A DNA stretch of 64,000 nucleotides from an uncultured delta proteobacterium (GCA_963790475.1 CAWBOS010000010.1:640001-704000), one strand, 5' to 3'; counted from the stretch's first letter, positions 42,183 to 53,067 are shown. Notes: generated from the sequence alone by a model not told the origin. Translations and numbers: made by a program.

Positions 42183-44209
42183 GTGTTTTTTCCCAAATGA
42201 AGAATAAGGAAGGGGTGCTGGTGGCCCTGGGCATGGTAGGCATCTTGGGGCTGATGATCCTCCCGCTCCCCCCAATCTTGCTGGATCTGTTACTTTCACT
42301 GTCCATCGCCCTGTCGGTGGTTATTGTCATTACCTCGGTTTTTGTTAATAAACCCCTTGATTTTTCGATATTTCCCTCTCTTTTATTGATGACTACCTTA
42401 TATCGGCTGGCCTTAAATATCGCCTCCACTAAACTCATCTTATTGCGTGGGAGTGAAGGGACTGATGCCGCCGGTCATGTCATCAAATCATTCGGTGACT
42501 TTATTGTCAGTGGTAATTATCTGGTTGGGTTGATCCTTTTCATCATTATAGTCGTTGTTAACTTTGTGGTCATTACTAAAGGGGCCGGAAGAATCGCTGA
42601 AGTGGCCGCCCGCTTTACTCTGGATGCCATGCCCGGCAAGCAAATGGCTATCGATGCCGATTTGAACTCCGGTCTCCTGGATGAGGCTGAAGCGCGAAGG
42701 AGAAGATCCATCATTGCCCAGGAAGCCGATTTTTACGGGGCCATGGATGGGGCCAGTAAATTTGTCCGTGGGGATGCCATAGCCGGTTTGGTTATCACGG
42801 GTATTAATATTTTGGGCGGTTTTATTATCGGGGTCTTACAGCAAGGGCTCCCAATAGTCGAGGCGGCCAAGACCTACACCCTCCTCACCGTGGGAGACGG
42901 CCTGGTTTCTCAAATACCCGCACTTCTTATCTCTTTTGCTGCCGGTATCGTCGTCAGCCGTGCCGGGACTGAAACTGATTTGGGAAAAGACCTGACTCAA
43001 CAATTATTGATCAATCCTAAGGCCTTGGCTACCACTTCGGGCATATTGTTCATCTTCGGTTTGATTCCTGGACTCCCGCATCTCCCCTTCTTGATCATTT
43101 CAGCTCTGAGCGGCGGCATGGCTTATCTCTTAACAAAACGGGATCAGCAGGGGACCTTGCAGGAAAAGGGGGAAGCTTCCAAAGAAGAACCCCAACTGGA
43201 ATCATTTTTGGAGATGGATCCTTTAACTCTCGAAATAGGGTACGGATTGATTCCCCTGGTGGAAGATCAAGGCGAACTCCTGAATAAAATAAAAGGCATG
43301 AGAAGGCAATTGGCCATCGACCAAGGCTTTGTGGTTCCCCCTATCCACATTAAAGACAACCTTCAACTCCGTCCCCATGAATACTTTTTGCTTATTAAAG
43401 GAATAGAACTGGCCCGAGGAGAGATCATGAGTGATCATTGGCTGGCCGTAGGCACTGGAGATGCCGAAAAGATAAACGGGGTGCCGACCAAGGAGCCGGC
43501 CTTTGGGTTGCCGGCTTTATGGATAGAAGCCAAAGAAACTGAAAGGGCTCAAATGGCCGGCTACATGGTGGTTGATTTGGCGACTGTCATTGCCACCCAT
43601 ATCACCGAACTATTGAAAAAACATAGCTGGGAACTGCTGACCAGGACGGAAGTTCAAAATATTTTGGATCGAATAGCCAAAAGCTTTCCTAAGATCGTTG
43701 ACGAATTGATACCGACCCACATGACCCTTGGCGGTGTGCAAAGAGTATTGCAAAACTTACTCAAGGAGCAGGTTTCCATTAGGGACACGGTTTGTATTCT
43801 GGAAACCTTGCTCGATTATTCCCCTTCTATAAAAGATTTGGATCTGCTGACCGAACATGTCCGTCAAGGGCTCTCGAGATATCTGACCAAACAGTATGAG
43901 GGCCAGGATGGCAGTATTCCCATTTTAGTTTTGGATCCCAGGTTTGAAAAACCTATCTATGATAGCATCGAGAGCGGGGGGAGTATCAGTCCCGACCTGA
44001 TCAGTAAACTGCTACGGGCCGTGGAGAAAATTTTGGGAAAAGAGGCCAAATCCGACACCCAGCCGGTTTTGGTGTGTTCGGCTAACCTGCGCCGGTTTTT
44101 ACGAAGGTTTGCCGATAAGTTTTTACCTTCAATCGCCGTTTTATCCAATGCCGAGATTGCTTCGACCGCCAAATTATATACCATAGGGATGGTCCGATAT
44201 GAAGATTAA
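42179..44209 (+). CDS. flhA: Export component FlhA
   Basis: RFTLDAMPGKQMAIDADL, FYGAMDGASKFVRGDA. Confidence 0.97.
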   Translation: MSVFSQMKNKEGVLVALGMVGILGLMILPLPPILLDLLLSLSIALSVVIVITSVFVNKPLDFSIFPSLLLMTTLYRLALNIASTKLILLRGSEGTDAAGHVIKSFGDFIVSGNYLVGLILFIIIVVVNFVVITKGAGRIAEVAARFTLDAMPGKQMAIDADLNSGLLDEAEARRRRSIIAQEADFYGAMDGASKFVRGDAIAGLVITGINILGGFIIGVLQQGLPIVEAAKTYTLLTVGDGLVSQIPALLISFAAGIVVSRAGTETDLGKDLTQQLLINPKALATTSGILFIFGLIPGLPHLPFLIISALSGGMAYLLTKRDQQGTLQEKGEASKEEPQLESFLEMDPLTLEIGYGLIPLVEDQGELLNKIKGMRRQLAIDQGFVVPPIHIKDNLQLRPHEYFLLIKGIELARGEIMSDHWLAVGTGDAEKINGVPTKEPAFGLPALWIEAKETERAQMAGYMVVDLATVIATHITELLKKHSWELLTRTEVQNILDRIAKSFPKIVDELIPTHMTLGGVQRVLQNLLKEQVSIRDTVCILETLLDYSPSIKDLDLLTEHVRQGLSRYLTKQYEGQDGSIPILVLDPRFEKPIYDSIESGGSISPDLISKLLRAVEKILGKEAKSDTQPVLVCSANLRRFLRRFADKFLPSIAVLSNAEIASTAKLYTIGMVRYED

Positions 44210-45329
44210 AAGATTTGAGGCCAGGAGTTTCAGGGAAGCTTTGACAAGGGTAAAAAAAGAATTAGGCCATGATGCCGTGATATTATCCTCGGAAGAAATC
44301 GGGGGACTGAAGCCCATGGTGGAAGTGGTGGCAGCCATTGATCATGATAGGGATCTGGATGAAACCCTTAACGCCTACTCCCTGAAGACAGAAACGGAGC
44401 CGGGAAAGTCCGCCCGCCCCGACAAAGTATCTTTATCTGCCTATTCTCCTGTTCCCAGTGCCAAGGCCCTCCCGAACTACAACGAACAGGTTTTACAGGA
44501 ACTTCAAAAATTAAGAAAAAATCTGGAGGAATTAAGAAACAAGGGCTATGAGGTTTCTTTACCGGAAGGTAAGAAAAGAATGTACCAATATCTCAGAAAC
44601 CGGTTTATCCGGGAAGACCTGGCCCTGCAATTGGCTGAAAAAGCCTCCTGTCTGAATGACCTTTCCGGATTAATCCAGAACGATCTTCAAACCGGATGGG
44701 ATTGGTCGGAGAAAAAGGTGATTATTTTAATCGGATCGACCGGTGTGGGCAAAACGACCACCGCTGCCAAGTTGTGCGGGCAGGCGATCAAGCAGAACAA
44801 AAAGGTTGGGCTGATCAGCCTGGATACCTTCAGGATCGGGGCTATTGAACAGATCCGGATCTATTCCAGAATCCTGGGAGTTCCCCTGATCATTGCCTCT
44901 TCTCCGGAAGAGGTTCAAAAGGGTATCAATAAATTAAAGGATCGGGATTGCATAATAATCGATACCACCGGAAGGAACCCCAAAGATCAATCCTATAAAA
45001 ATGAGTTGGAAGCAGTCTATGCCTTAGGGATCCCCCTGGAAACCCACCTCCTGATCAGCGGAAGCAGCAGTGAAAATTTTATGACCGAATCCCTGTCCCA
45101 TTACCAAAATCTACCCGTCAACCGTATCGCTTTTACCAAGATGGATGAGGCCGGCGGGTTTGGGCCGATTTACAATTTTTCAATGCAGGCTCAAAAACCC
45201 ATTGCTTATCTGACTACCGGTCAAAAGGTGCCCAATGATATCGAATTTTATTCTGACGTCCAATTAGTGGATTTAATATTAAACCGAGAACAAGTTGACC
45301 GACTCAAGGAAATCAATCCAATCCAATAA
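44199..45329 (+). CDS. flhF: SRP-like GTPase FlhF
   Basis: GSTGVGKTTT, DTFRIGA, DTTG, TKMDE, GQKVP. Confidence 0.93.
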   Translation: MKIKRFEARSFREALTRVKKELGHDAVILSSEEIGGLKPMVEVVAAIDHDRDLDETLNAYSLKTETEPGKSARPDKVSLSAYSPVPSAKALPNYNEQVLQELQKLRKNLEELRNKGYEVSLPEGKKRMYQYLRNRFIREDLALQLAEKASCLNDLSGLIQNDLQTGWDWSEKKVIILIGSTGVGKTTTAAKLCGQAIKQNKKVGLISLDTFRIGAIEQIRIYSRILGVPLIIASSPEEVQKGINKLKDRDCIIIDTTGRNPKDQSYKNELEAVYALGIPLETHLLISGSSSENFMTESLSHYQNLPVNRIAFTKMDEAGGFGPIYNFSMQAQKPIAYLTTGQKVPNDIEFYSDVQLVDLILNREQVDRLKEINPIQ

Positions 45330-45346
45330 AAAAACAAGGAAAATAT

Positions 45347-46165
45347 ATGAAACCCATTCGCACCATTGCCATAACCAGCGGAAAAGGGGGTGTAGGAAAA
45401 ACCAATGTGGCCGCCAACCTGGCCGTTGCCCTAAAACAATTAGGGGAAAAGGTATTGATTCTTGATGCCGACCTGGGATTGAGCAATGTGGATGTTCTGC
45501 TGGGCCTGGTGACCTCCTATAATATTCAACATGTTCTTGATGGTAAAAAACAACTTCAAGATGTAATTGTTGAAGGACCTCAGGGGATCAAGATTTTGCC
45601 GGCCAGTTCCGGGGTCCAGGAAATCACTCAACTGGATGAATTTCAGCGTCTTAAATTATTGGAAGAATTCGAGGCCTTTCAGGGGGAGATCGATACCCTA
45701 ATCATCGATACCGGGGCCGGTATTTCATCCAATGTCGCTTTCTTTTGCATTTCAGCTCAAACCATTATCGTGGTTATTTCACCTGAACCGACTGCTTTGA
45801 CCGATGGTTATGCCTTGATCAAGGTCCTGTTTACCAAATACCAGGAGAAGGATTTCAAAATTCTGGTCAATTCAGTTCAAGACGACTCTGAAGGCTTGAT
45901 GGTTTTTAAGAGACTGGCGGTGGCCGCAGAAAGATATTTACAGGTTTCTCTGGATTATCTCGGATGCATTTTCAAGGATGATTCCATTCCAAAGGCGGTC
46001 AGGGCACAAAAGTCGTTTCTGGATATCTATCCGGAATCCCAGGCCTCAAAAAACATCTTATCCATTGCCGGCAAATTGAAGGAAGATTCGACGAGTTCCA
46101 TTAAAGGGAGTTTGCAGTTGTTTTTAGGCAACCTGATCGGGGAAGCGAGAGATGTACGGCTATAA
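45347..46165 (+). CDS. flhG: MinD-like ATPase FlhG/FleN
   Basis: SGKGGVGKT, DADLGLSN, DTGAG, PEPTA. Confidence 0.92.
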   Translation: MKPIRTIAITSGKGGVGKTNVAANLAVALKQLGEKVLILDADLGLSNVDVLLGLVTSYNIQHVLDGKKQLQDVIVEGPQGIKILPASSGVQEITQLDEFQRLKLLEEFEAFQGEIDTLIIDTGAGISSNVAFFCISAQTIIVVISPEPTALTDGYALIKVLFTKYQEKDFKILVNSVQDDSEGLMVFKRLAVAAERYLQVSLDYLGCIFKDDSIPKAVRAQKSFLDIYPESQASKNILSIAGKLKEDSTSSIKGSLQLFLGNLIGEARDVRL

Positions 46166-46880
46166 TATCAAAATGTCTTCTCAGGAAAAAGAAAATATCC
46201 TCAAAGAATTCTTGCCGGTAGTTCGTTATACCGCTTATCGGTTGTCTTGGAAATTACCCCCTCAAATCTCGGTGGACGATCTTATCAGTGTCGGATTGAA
46301 TGGGCTGTATGATGCCATGGAAAGATTCGAACAAGGCAAAGTTAAATTGAAAACCTATGCCCAGTATCGGATCAAGGGGGCCATGCTGGATGAATTGCGG
46401 TCAGTGGAATGGATCCCCCGTTCCAGGAAGAAAAAGATCAATACCTTGAAAGAAGCCCACGTCAAGCTGGAGAAAGAACTGAAAAGGAACCCTGAGGACG
46501 AGGAGGTGGCCGATGCCCTGCAAATCACCTTGGACGAATATTATCACCTCCTCGACGAGTCCAAAGGCGGCGTCACCTTGAAATTTGAGGATTATGATAC
46601 CTTTTCTGAAGGGCATCCGGTCAATTTAATGGATAATATTGAGGATCCTAATGAAAAAAATCCACTAAATATTCTGGTGGAAATGGACCAAAAAAAAGTA
46701 ATCGCCCGGTTGATTGACGAATTGCCGGAAAAAGAAAAAATGGTCCTGTCTTTATATTATTGGGAAGAATTGACCATGAAAGAAGTCGGGGCGGTATTGA
46801 ATTTAACCGAATCACGGGTTTGTCAGTTGCACAATCAGGCCTTGCTGCGACTAAAAGCTAAAATGAGTAAGGAATCGTGA
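46152..46880 (+). CDS. fliA: Flagellar sigma factor sigma28
   Basis: RIKGAMLDELR..WIPRS; ESRVCQLH. Confidence 0.95.
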   Translation: MYGYNIKMSSQEKENILKEFLPVVRYTAYRLSWKLPPQISVDDLISVGLNGLYDAMERFEQGKVKLKTYAQYRIKGAMLDELRSVEWIPRSRKKKINTLKEAHVKLEKELKRNPEDEEVADALQITLDEYYHLLDESKGGVTLKFEDYDTFSEGHPVNLMDNIEDPNEKNPLNILVEMDQKKVIARLIDELPEKEKMVLSLYYWEELTMKEVGAVLNLTESRVCQLHNQALLRLKAKMSKES

Positions 46881-46946
46881 TAAAAAAAGACCCCAGGTCA
46901 GATCTTTGAATTTGGGAAAATGTCTAAAAGGAGGCGAATTTAATCG

Positions 46947-47339
46947 ATGGATCAAAAAATGAAAATATTGGTCGTGGATGATTTTACAACCATGAGGAGA
47001 ATCGTCAGGAATTTGTTGAAGCAACTTGGATTTGAAAATATTGAAGAGGCGGAAGACGGGAAGCAGGCTTTTTCAAAACTTAAGGAAGCAAAATATCATT
47101 TTATAATTTCGGATTGGAATATGCCGAATATGACCGGTATCGAGTTGCTGCAGAATGTACGCAGTGATCTTGAATTGAAAAGTCTCCCTTTCTTAATGGT
47201 CACAGCCGAATCGGAAAAGCAGAAGGTCATTGAAGCTATCAAATCCGGCGTAAACAATTATATCATCAAACCCTTTACTGCCGAAATTCTTAAGGAAAAA
47301 ATGGAAAAGATATTCGACAAAATGACCGGGAAATCCTGA
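46947..47339 (+). CDS. cheY: Chemotaxis response regulator CheY
   Basis: VVDDFTTMRRI, SDWNMP, MVTAE, KPF. Confidence 0.94.
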   Translation: MDQKMKILVVDDFTTMRRIVRNLLKQLGFENIEEAEDGKQAFSKLKEAKYHFIISDWNMPNMTGIELLQNVRSDLELKSLPFLMVTAESEKQKVIEAIKSGVNNYIIKPFTAEILKEKMEKIFDKMTGKS

Positions 47340-47382
47340 GGGCGAGATGTTGGGGGGAGATCACTAAGGGAAAGGAAAAATC

Positions 47383-48192
47383 ATGACGATTCGATCCAAA
47401 AATAAACTTGAAACGGAAGAACTTGAATATAAGAAGGATAAAAATCTATTGGAAATGGAAAAGGCCATTGCCTTGATATTTAATAAGGCTTTGGAAGAAG
47501 GGAACAAGATCAAAGGAGTTTTGGGGATCATCGATGATGTGCAGGCTTTATTAGAGGCGATTATTCAGGGAGATATCCAGACGGCAGAAAAATACGTTAT
47601 TAAGTTTACCGGCTTGGGGGGAAAAGACCTTTTTGTGGAAGTGGGTAAAATAACACGGAAGTTACATGATTCCATTCGGGATTTTCAGGAGAATATCAGC
47701 CCTCGTCTTAAAAATCTACCGGTCAATGAACTCCCGGAAGCGACAGATAAACTTGAATGGGTGATTGGAAAAACAGAAGAAGCGGCTAGTCGAACAATCA
47801 ATCTGGTGGAAAAACATCTGGGTTACCAGGAAAAAACATCTAAAATCATCAACCAAATTGAGACCATTTTTAAGGAAAACACCATCCCCGCCGACCTCGA
47901 TCAAAATGGTCTAAGTTATCTCAAAAGCATGAACCGGGACTTACCTAAAGATTTGACGGAGATAATGATCGCCCAGGATTTCCAGGACCTCACGGGTCAG
48001 ATTATCAAAAAAGTGATTCAATTAATTGCCGAGATCGAAAACCAGTTGGTCATGATCTTAAAAATATTTGGTGTTAAATTAGAATCCAGCCCCCAAGCCG
48101 TTGTCTTACCCGGACCTCAAATTAGGAAGAAGGAAACCGTGGTTTCCGGACAATCGGAGGTTGATGATATATTAAATCAGTTTGGATTTTAA
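47383..48192 (+). CDS. cheZ: CheY-P phosphatase CheZ
   Basis: QDFQDLTGQ (DxxxQ) and C-terminal QSEVDDILNQFGF. Confidence 0.88.
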   Translation: MTIRSKNKLETEELEYKKDKNLLEMEKAIALIFNKALEEGNKIKGVLGIIDDVQALLEAIIQGDIQTAEKYVIKFTGLGGKDLFVEVGKITRKLHDSIRDFQENISPRLKNLPVNELPEATDKLEWVIGKTEEAASRTINLVEKHLGYQEKTSKIINQIETIFKENTIPADLDQNGLSYLKSMNRDLPKDLTEIMIAQDFQDLTGQIIKKVIQLIAEIENQLVMILKIFGVKLESSPQAVVLPGPQIRKKETVVSGQSEVDDILNQFGF

Positions 48193-48253
48193 AGGAGATG
48201 AGGGATCAACTGTTTTGCCGACTTCTGGATCCTTGATAGATGAGGTTCAGCAC

Positions 48254-48401
48254 ATGGACATCAATTCTCTAAACAAAATCGATTTTACCCTGAGGGTTAA
48301 AAGAATAAAATCCGGACCAATTTTTTTCCGATAAAAAAAAGAAATCAAAAACCCGGGAAAAGGAAGAAAAAAAGAAAAACCAAATCGATGTGAGGGCATG
48401 A
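48254..48401 (+). pseudogene. Frameshifted small Lys-rich gene
   Basis: Deleting one A from the run at 48307-48310 joins MDINSLNKIDFTLRVKRI to NPDQFF...QIDVRA; its TGA overlaps the next ATG. Confidence 0.5.
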
Positions 48402-48772
48402 ATATGAATTCTTTAAAAGGCATTCTGGAAAAATGTATGGAAAATCCTTGGAAAATCCAAAAAACTTTTAACTTGGAAGTGATGGAAATAAACGATATCG
48501 CCGAAAAACTCTTTATCCGTATAGAGCAAAAATTCAAAGCACTTAAGGCGGTTGAAGCCCGGGCCGATGAAAAAATCGCCATTCTGGACGGTTTGATTAC
48601 CAAATTCAAAAAAATGAATCTTCCTACCGAATCGTTGGGCGTGGTCGGGGAAGGACGTCAGAAGGAAGTTCTGGCCCTGTCCGGAAAAGGTTTTAACTCC
48701 GAGCAGATCGCCCGAATTCTAGATCTTCCTTCCGGCGAAGTCGAACTGATTTTAAACCTGGTTCATCAATAG
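48398..48772 (+). CDS. DUF2802-like flagellar-cluster protein
   Basis: Coiled coil plus C-terminal G...EQIARILDLPSGEVELILNL. Confidence 0.65.
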   Translation: MNMNSLKGILEKCMENPWKIQKTFNLEVMEINDIAEKLFIRIEQKFKALKAVEARADEKIAILDGLITKFKKMNLPTESLGVVGEGRQKEVLALSGKGFNSEQIARILDLPSGEVELILNLVHQ

Positions 48773-48945
48773 GAAGATAAATGTTTTCCGGGTCAGGAAA
48801 ATTTTTCCGCCTCAAGGGGATTCTTTTTAACCGTGAAACAATCGGGAATAAAAAAAGGGAGTATATGCACCTCTTTTTGCGGGCGGAGAAGTGCCAAATC
48901 CTTCCTGGGGCGGGATTCAACTCCTTATTCCTTGAGTTTACTACC

Positions 48946-48961
48946 TGGTATTAAAGTTGCA
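48946..48961 (+). promoter_or_regulatory. Sigma54 promoter of the flgF operon
   Basis: TGGTATTAAAGTTGCA. Confidence 0.75.
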
Positions 48962-48973
48962 TAAAGGATAGAT

Positions 48974-49672
48974 ATGAGTAAAGCCATTTTCATAGCCCTT
49001 TCTGGTGCGATCTTAAAAGAAAAACAGATGGAACTCATTTCTCAAAATCTGGCCAACAGCAATTCCTCGGCCTATAAGAAGATGCGAGTCGCTTTTAAAG
49101 ATTATTTGACCAGCCCTGAAAGCGAACAAGAAGGGAAAATCATGAGCGATTTGGCCTCCATCAAGACCGATTTTTCCGCTGGTGGCATCCATCAGACGGG
49201 AAATGCATTGGATATCGCCTTGGACGGTAATGGCTTTTTTGCTTTGGAAAATAACCGTTTTACTCGAAGAGGGGATTTTAAAATAAATTCCGAAGGCTAT
49301 TTGACCACTCAGACAGGTATCCCGGTCCTTGGTCTAAAAGGGGTCCCTATTAATATTCCCCAAGGAAAGCTGGAAATTGGACCTGGAGGTGAAGTGACCG
49401 TCAATCAGACCCATCTCGATACCCTTAAGGTGGTGGATTTTGCGAATAAGGATTCATTGATCCGCTTAGGGGAAGACCTTTTCCAAACCGAGGTCCCCGG
49501 ATCTCCTGCCAACATTTTGGTCAAACAAGGGCAGTTGGAAGGTTCCAATGTTGAGGTCGTCAGAGAAATGACTCAGATCATTACGACCTTGAGGGAATTT
49601 CAGGCCTTCCAAAAAGTTATTCAGGGGTTTGATGAAGCCGATTCTAAAATGAATGAAGTTGCAAGAATTTAA
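48974..49672 (+). CDS. flgF: Rod protein FlgF
   Basis: NLAN, TGNALD, TRRGDF, LEGSNV; precedes flgG. Confidence 0.9.
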   Translation: MSKAIFIALSGAILKEKQMELISQNLANSNSSAYKKMRVAFKDYLTSPESEQEGKIMSDLASIKTDFSAGGIHQTGNALDIALDGNGFFALENNRFTRRGDFKINSEGYLTTQTGIPVLGLKGVPINIPQGKLEIGPGGEVTVNQTHLDTLKVVDFANKDSLIRLGEDLFQTEVPGSPANILVKQGQLEGSNVEVVREMTQIITTLREFQAFQKVIQGFDEADSKMNEVARI

Positions 49673-49693
49673 TCAGAGAAAGGGAAGATAACC

Positions 49694-50482
49694 ATGATTC
49701 GATCCTTATTTATTGCGGCCACGGGTATGGAAGCTCAGAAGATGAATATTGATGTGATCTCCAACAACCTGGCTAATGTAAATACCGCCGGATATAAAAG
49801 AAGCCGGGCCGATTTTCAGGAATTGATTTATCAGGATATTAAAACCCCGGGGACCTTATCGGCCGAAGGGACTGTGATTCCATCAGGGATCCAGTTGGGT
49901 TTGGGGGTCAAGCCGGTTGCAGTACAAAAGATTTTTTTACAAGGGGATTTTGTTCAGACCGGCAACAATCTCGACTTGGTGATTGAAGGGGATGGGTTTT
50001 TCCAAATCACCAAACCGGATGGTGAGCTGGCCTACACCCGATCCGGAGCCTTTAAGATGGACAATGAAGGACGAATTGTTACCTCCGACGGTTATCCGTT
50101 AGAGCCCTCCCTGACCATTCCGACCAACACCCAAAGCATCACCGTAGGTTCCGATGGAAAGGTCACGGTCATACAGTCCGGCAGCAAGACCCCGGTGGAG
50201 ATCGGTCAGATTGAGTTGGCCCGATTCATCAATCCGGGAGGATTGAAAGCCATCGGGAAAAGCCTTTTTGAGCCTACAGCTTCCTCTGGAGATCCGACCA
50301 CTGCTAACCCGGGGGCCGAGGGACTGGGAACAATTAACCAAGGGTATATCGAGATGAGCAATGTCAATATTGTTGAAGAAATGGTCAATATGATCGTCAG
50401 CCAAAGGGCTTACGAGATCAATTCCAAGGCTGTACAAGCCTCGGATGAGATGCTTCAGATTGCCAACAATTTAAAGAGGTAA
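49694..50482 (+). CDS. flgG: Distal rod protein FlgG
   Basis: [24 protein letters not shown]. Confidence 0.96.
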   Translation: MIRSLFIAATGMEAQKMNIDVISNNLANVNTAGYKRSRADFQELIYQDIKTPGTLSAEGTVIPSGIQLGLGVKPVAVQKIFLQGDFVQTGNNLDLVIEGDGFFQITKPDGELAYTRSGAFKMDNEGRIVTSDGYPLEPSLTIPTNTQSITVGSDGKVTVIQSGSKTPVEIGQIELARFINPGGLKAIGKSLFEPTASSGDPTTANPGAEGLGTINQGYIEMSNVNIVEEMVNMIVSQRAYEINSKAVQASDEMLQIANNLKR

Positions 50483-50489
50483 GGAGAGC

Positions 50490-51182
50490 ATGATGCATAG
50501 AAATCACAAACAAGGCCCTTCCCGGGCCTGTTTATTGATTCTGCTGATCTGCCTCCTGGTCTTTGGTTTAGTCCCTTGGGCCTGGCCCTCCCCCTGGGAA
50601 CCTCGAACGGTGATCAAAAAATACTTAAAGGATCGTTACCCGTGGGCGGAAATAGAAGTCTTGGATGTTTCTGGAGAGGTGTCCTCCATGGTCCCTCCTG
50701 AAAAGATCTATTTGATCAATGGTCCTTTGGGAAGGTCTATTTTTTCCCTGGTCTTCAAATCCGGAGAAAAGGCTATTTTTCAGGCCAATATCCGGGCCCT
50801 GGATTGGGTGGTTACCTCCCGAAGGCCTTTGAAAAAATCGCAAATAATTCGAAAAGAGGATGTTTATCTGGCTTTGATGGATGTCCGGAGGATGCCTAAG
50901 GACGCCCTGACCCGATTGGAGTCGGCATGGGGTAAATGCATGAACCAATCCATGGGAGCCAATATGCCGATCAATGAAAGCGCTATGGGCGACATCCCTT
51001 TGATTAAAAAAGGACAGAGGATTACTTTGGTAGCCTCAGCCCCCGGTCTTAAAATAACTACCCCCGGGGAAGCCAGACAGGATGGCTTTCATGGGCAATC
51101 TCTCAAAGTCGTCAATTTGTCCTCCAAACGGGATGTCCGGGGAATACCGTTGGATGAAAACCATGTGAGCGTCGAATTTTAA
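50490..51182 (+). CDS. flgA: P-ring chaperone FlgA
   Basis: SAF-like domain, GEARQDG..VVNLSSKR. Confidence 0.88.
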   Translation: MMHRNHKQGPSRACLLILLICLLVFGLVPWAWPSPWEPRTVIKKYLKDRYPWAEIEVLDVSGEVSSMVPPEKIYLINGPLGRSIFSLVFKSGEKAIFQANIRALDWVVTSRRPLKKSQIIRKEDVYLALMDVRRMPKDALTRLESAWGKCMNQSMGANMPINESAMGDIPLIKKGQRITLVASAPGLKITTPGEARQDGFHGQSLKVVNLSSKRDVRGIPLDENHVSVEF

Positions 51183-51215
51183 CGTCAATTTTTTCATTAA
51201 GGAAAAGAGTTCGAT

Positions 51216-51929
51216 ATGTCGGAAAGAAGTACTCTTCAATTTATTCTGGGCTGTATGGGAATTGTACTGATGGCCGTATCTTGTGCCGCTCCTGCTCAAT
51301 TTTCCAAGGAAATGCCTCCCAATTATGTAAGAGATAGAGAAATAAAAATGGAAACCCAGACCAGGGGTTCCTTATGGCGGGATTCAGCCGGACTATATGA
51401 AGACAGAAAGGCCAGGGGACTGAATGACCTGGTAACGATAAAGATCATCGAAACATCCGCAGCATCCAAAAAGGCCGATACTGCCACCAGCCGAGCATCC
51501 AGTGTCGATCTAGGTATTGACAGTTTGTTTGGTAGTAATCTGAATTATAATCTGTCCAATATCTTCGGCTCAGGTAGTTCAGGTATTCTAACCCCCCAGG
51601 TTAAGGCCGCGGCCAAAAATGATTTCACCGGATCGGGCAACACCACGCGGGAGGGCAGCCTGGTGGCCACCATCACCGCCAGGGTGGTGGATGTCCTTCC
51701 CAATGGGAACTTTATTATTGAATCGAGGAAGGATATTACCGTCAACCGGGAGAAGCAGCTCCTATTATTAAGAGGGGTCATCCGGCCTGATGATATTGCT
51801 GGCGATAATACAATTTTAAGTAGTTATGTGGCCAATGCTGAAATGATCTATACCGGTGATGGAGTGGTTAACGATAAACAGGGCCAGGGGTGGCTGGTCC
51901 AGTTGTTGGATTGGGTATGGCCTTTTTAA
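51216..51929 (+). CDS. flgH: L-ring lipoprotein FlgH
   Basis: Lipobox-like AVSC, GSLW, VLPNGN, IRPDDI, terminal WPF. Confidence 0.95.
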   Translation: MSERSTLQFILGCMGIVLMAVSCAAPAQFSKEMPPNYVRDREIKMETQTRGSLWRDSAGLYEDRKARGLNDLVTIKIIETSAASKKADTATSRASSVDLGIDSLFGSNLNYNLSNIFGSGSSGILTPQVKAAAKNDFTGSGNTTREGSLVATITARVVDVLPNGNFIIESRKDITVNREKQLLLLRGVIRPDDIAGDNTILSSYVANAEMIYTGDGVVNDKQGQGWLVQLLDWVWPF

Positions 51930-51954
51930 AGAATGACCGAAGAGCATCAATTTC

Positions 51955-53067
51955 ATGAAGACTGAACAGCGTTTCTTATTATTGATATTGGGATTGTTGA
52001 TTTTTGCGGGGATCCTGGTTCCTTCCGGGATCCGGGCTGAACGCATTAAAGATATTGCCAGTCTGGAAGGGGCCCGGGAGAATCAGTTGCTGGGCTACGG
52101 TTTGGTGGTCGGGTTAAACGGTACCGGAGATAAAGGGCTGGCCACCATGCAAAGTATCACCAACATGCTGGCCAGGATGGGGATGACCGTCAATGCCAAA
52201 GATATTCAAGCCAAAAATGCGGCGGCGGTGATCGTAACGGCCACTCTGCCGGCCTTTCCCAAACCCGGAATCAGGATTGATGCCATCGTTTCGGCTATGG
52301 GAGATGCTAAAAATCTGCAAGGGGGGACCCTTCTACTGACCCCGCTTAAAGGACCTGATCAGAAAGTTTACGGGTTGGCCCAGGGACCGATTTCCTTAGG
52401 GGGATTCGGTGCTGCTTCCGGAGGGTCAACGGTACAAAAAAATCATCCCACGGCTGGAAGAATACCCAGTGGAGCCATTATTGAACGGGGACTGGAAGTC
52501 CCTTTAAAAATAGGGAACGAAATCCATATCGTGCTCCATCGGCCTGATTTTACCACCGCTTTTCAAGTTTCCCAAACCATCAACCGGAAAATGGGGGGAG
52601 AATATGCCGAGGCGATGGATCCCTCCATGATTAAAGTACGGACGCCGGATGACTTTTTGGGTGGTTTGATGGGTTTTATTACCCAGGTTGAATCCCTGGA
52701 TGTTTCTATTGATACCCTGGCCAAGGTCATCATCAACGAAAGGACGGGCACGGTGGTCATGGGGGAGAGGATCCGAATATCCCCGGTGGCCATATCTCAT
52801 GGCAATCTGACCATTGAGGTGTCCACGGATTATAAAGTCTCTCAACCTCCGCCTTTTGCTCCCTCTAATGCCCAGACGGTAGTGGTCCCGCAGACCAAAA
52901 TGGAGGTGAAAGAACAAAAATCCTCTTTGATCGAAGTGTCCGGAGTGACCCTGGGTGAGGTGGTCCGGGCCCTTAATTCCCTGGGGGTGACCCCGAGAGA
53001 TCTTATTGCCATCGTTCAGGCCCTAAGAAGCGCCGGGGCACTTAAGGTTGAATTGGAGATCATATGA
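51955..53067 (+). CDS. flgI: P-ring protein FlgI
   Basis: RIKDI, GYGLVVGLNGTGD, NERTGTVV. Confidence 0.96.
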   Translation: MKTEQRFLLLILGLLIFAGILVPSGIRAERIKDIASLEGARENQLLGYGLVVGLNGTGDKGLATMQSITNMLARMGMTVNAKDIQAKNAAAVIVTATLPAFPKPGIRIDAIVSAMGDAKNLQGGTLLLTPLKGPDQKVYGLAQGPISLGGFGAASGGSTVQKNHPTAGRIPSGAIIERGLEVPLKIGNEIHIVLHRPDFTTAFQVSQTINRKMGGEYAEAMDPSMIKVRTPDDFLGGLMGFITQVESLDVSIDTLAKVIINERTGTVVMGERIRISPVAISHGNLTIEVSTDYKVSQPPPFAPSNAQTVVVPQTKMEVKEQKSSLIEVSGVTLGEVVRALNSLGVTPRDLIAIVQALRSAGALKVELEII

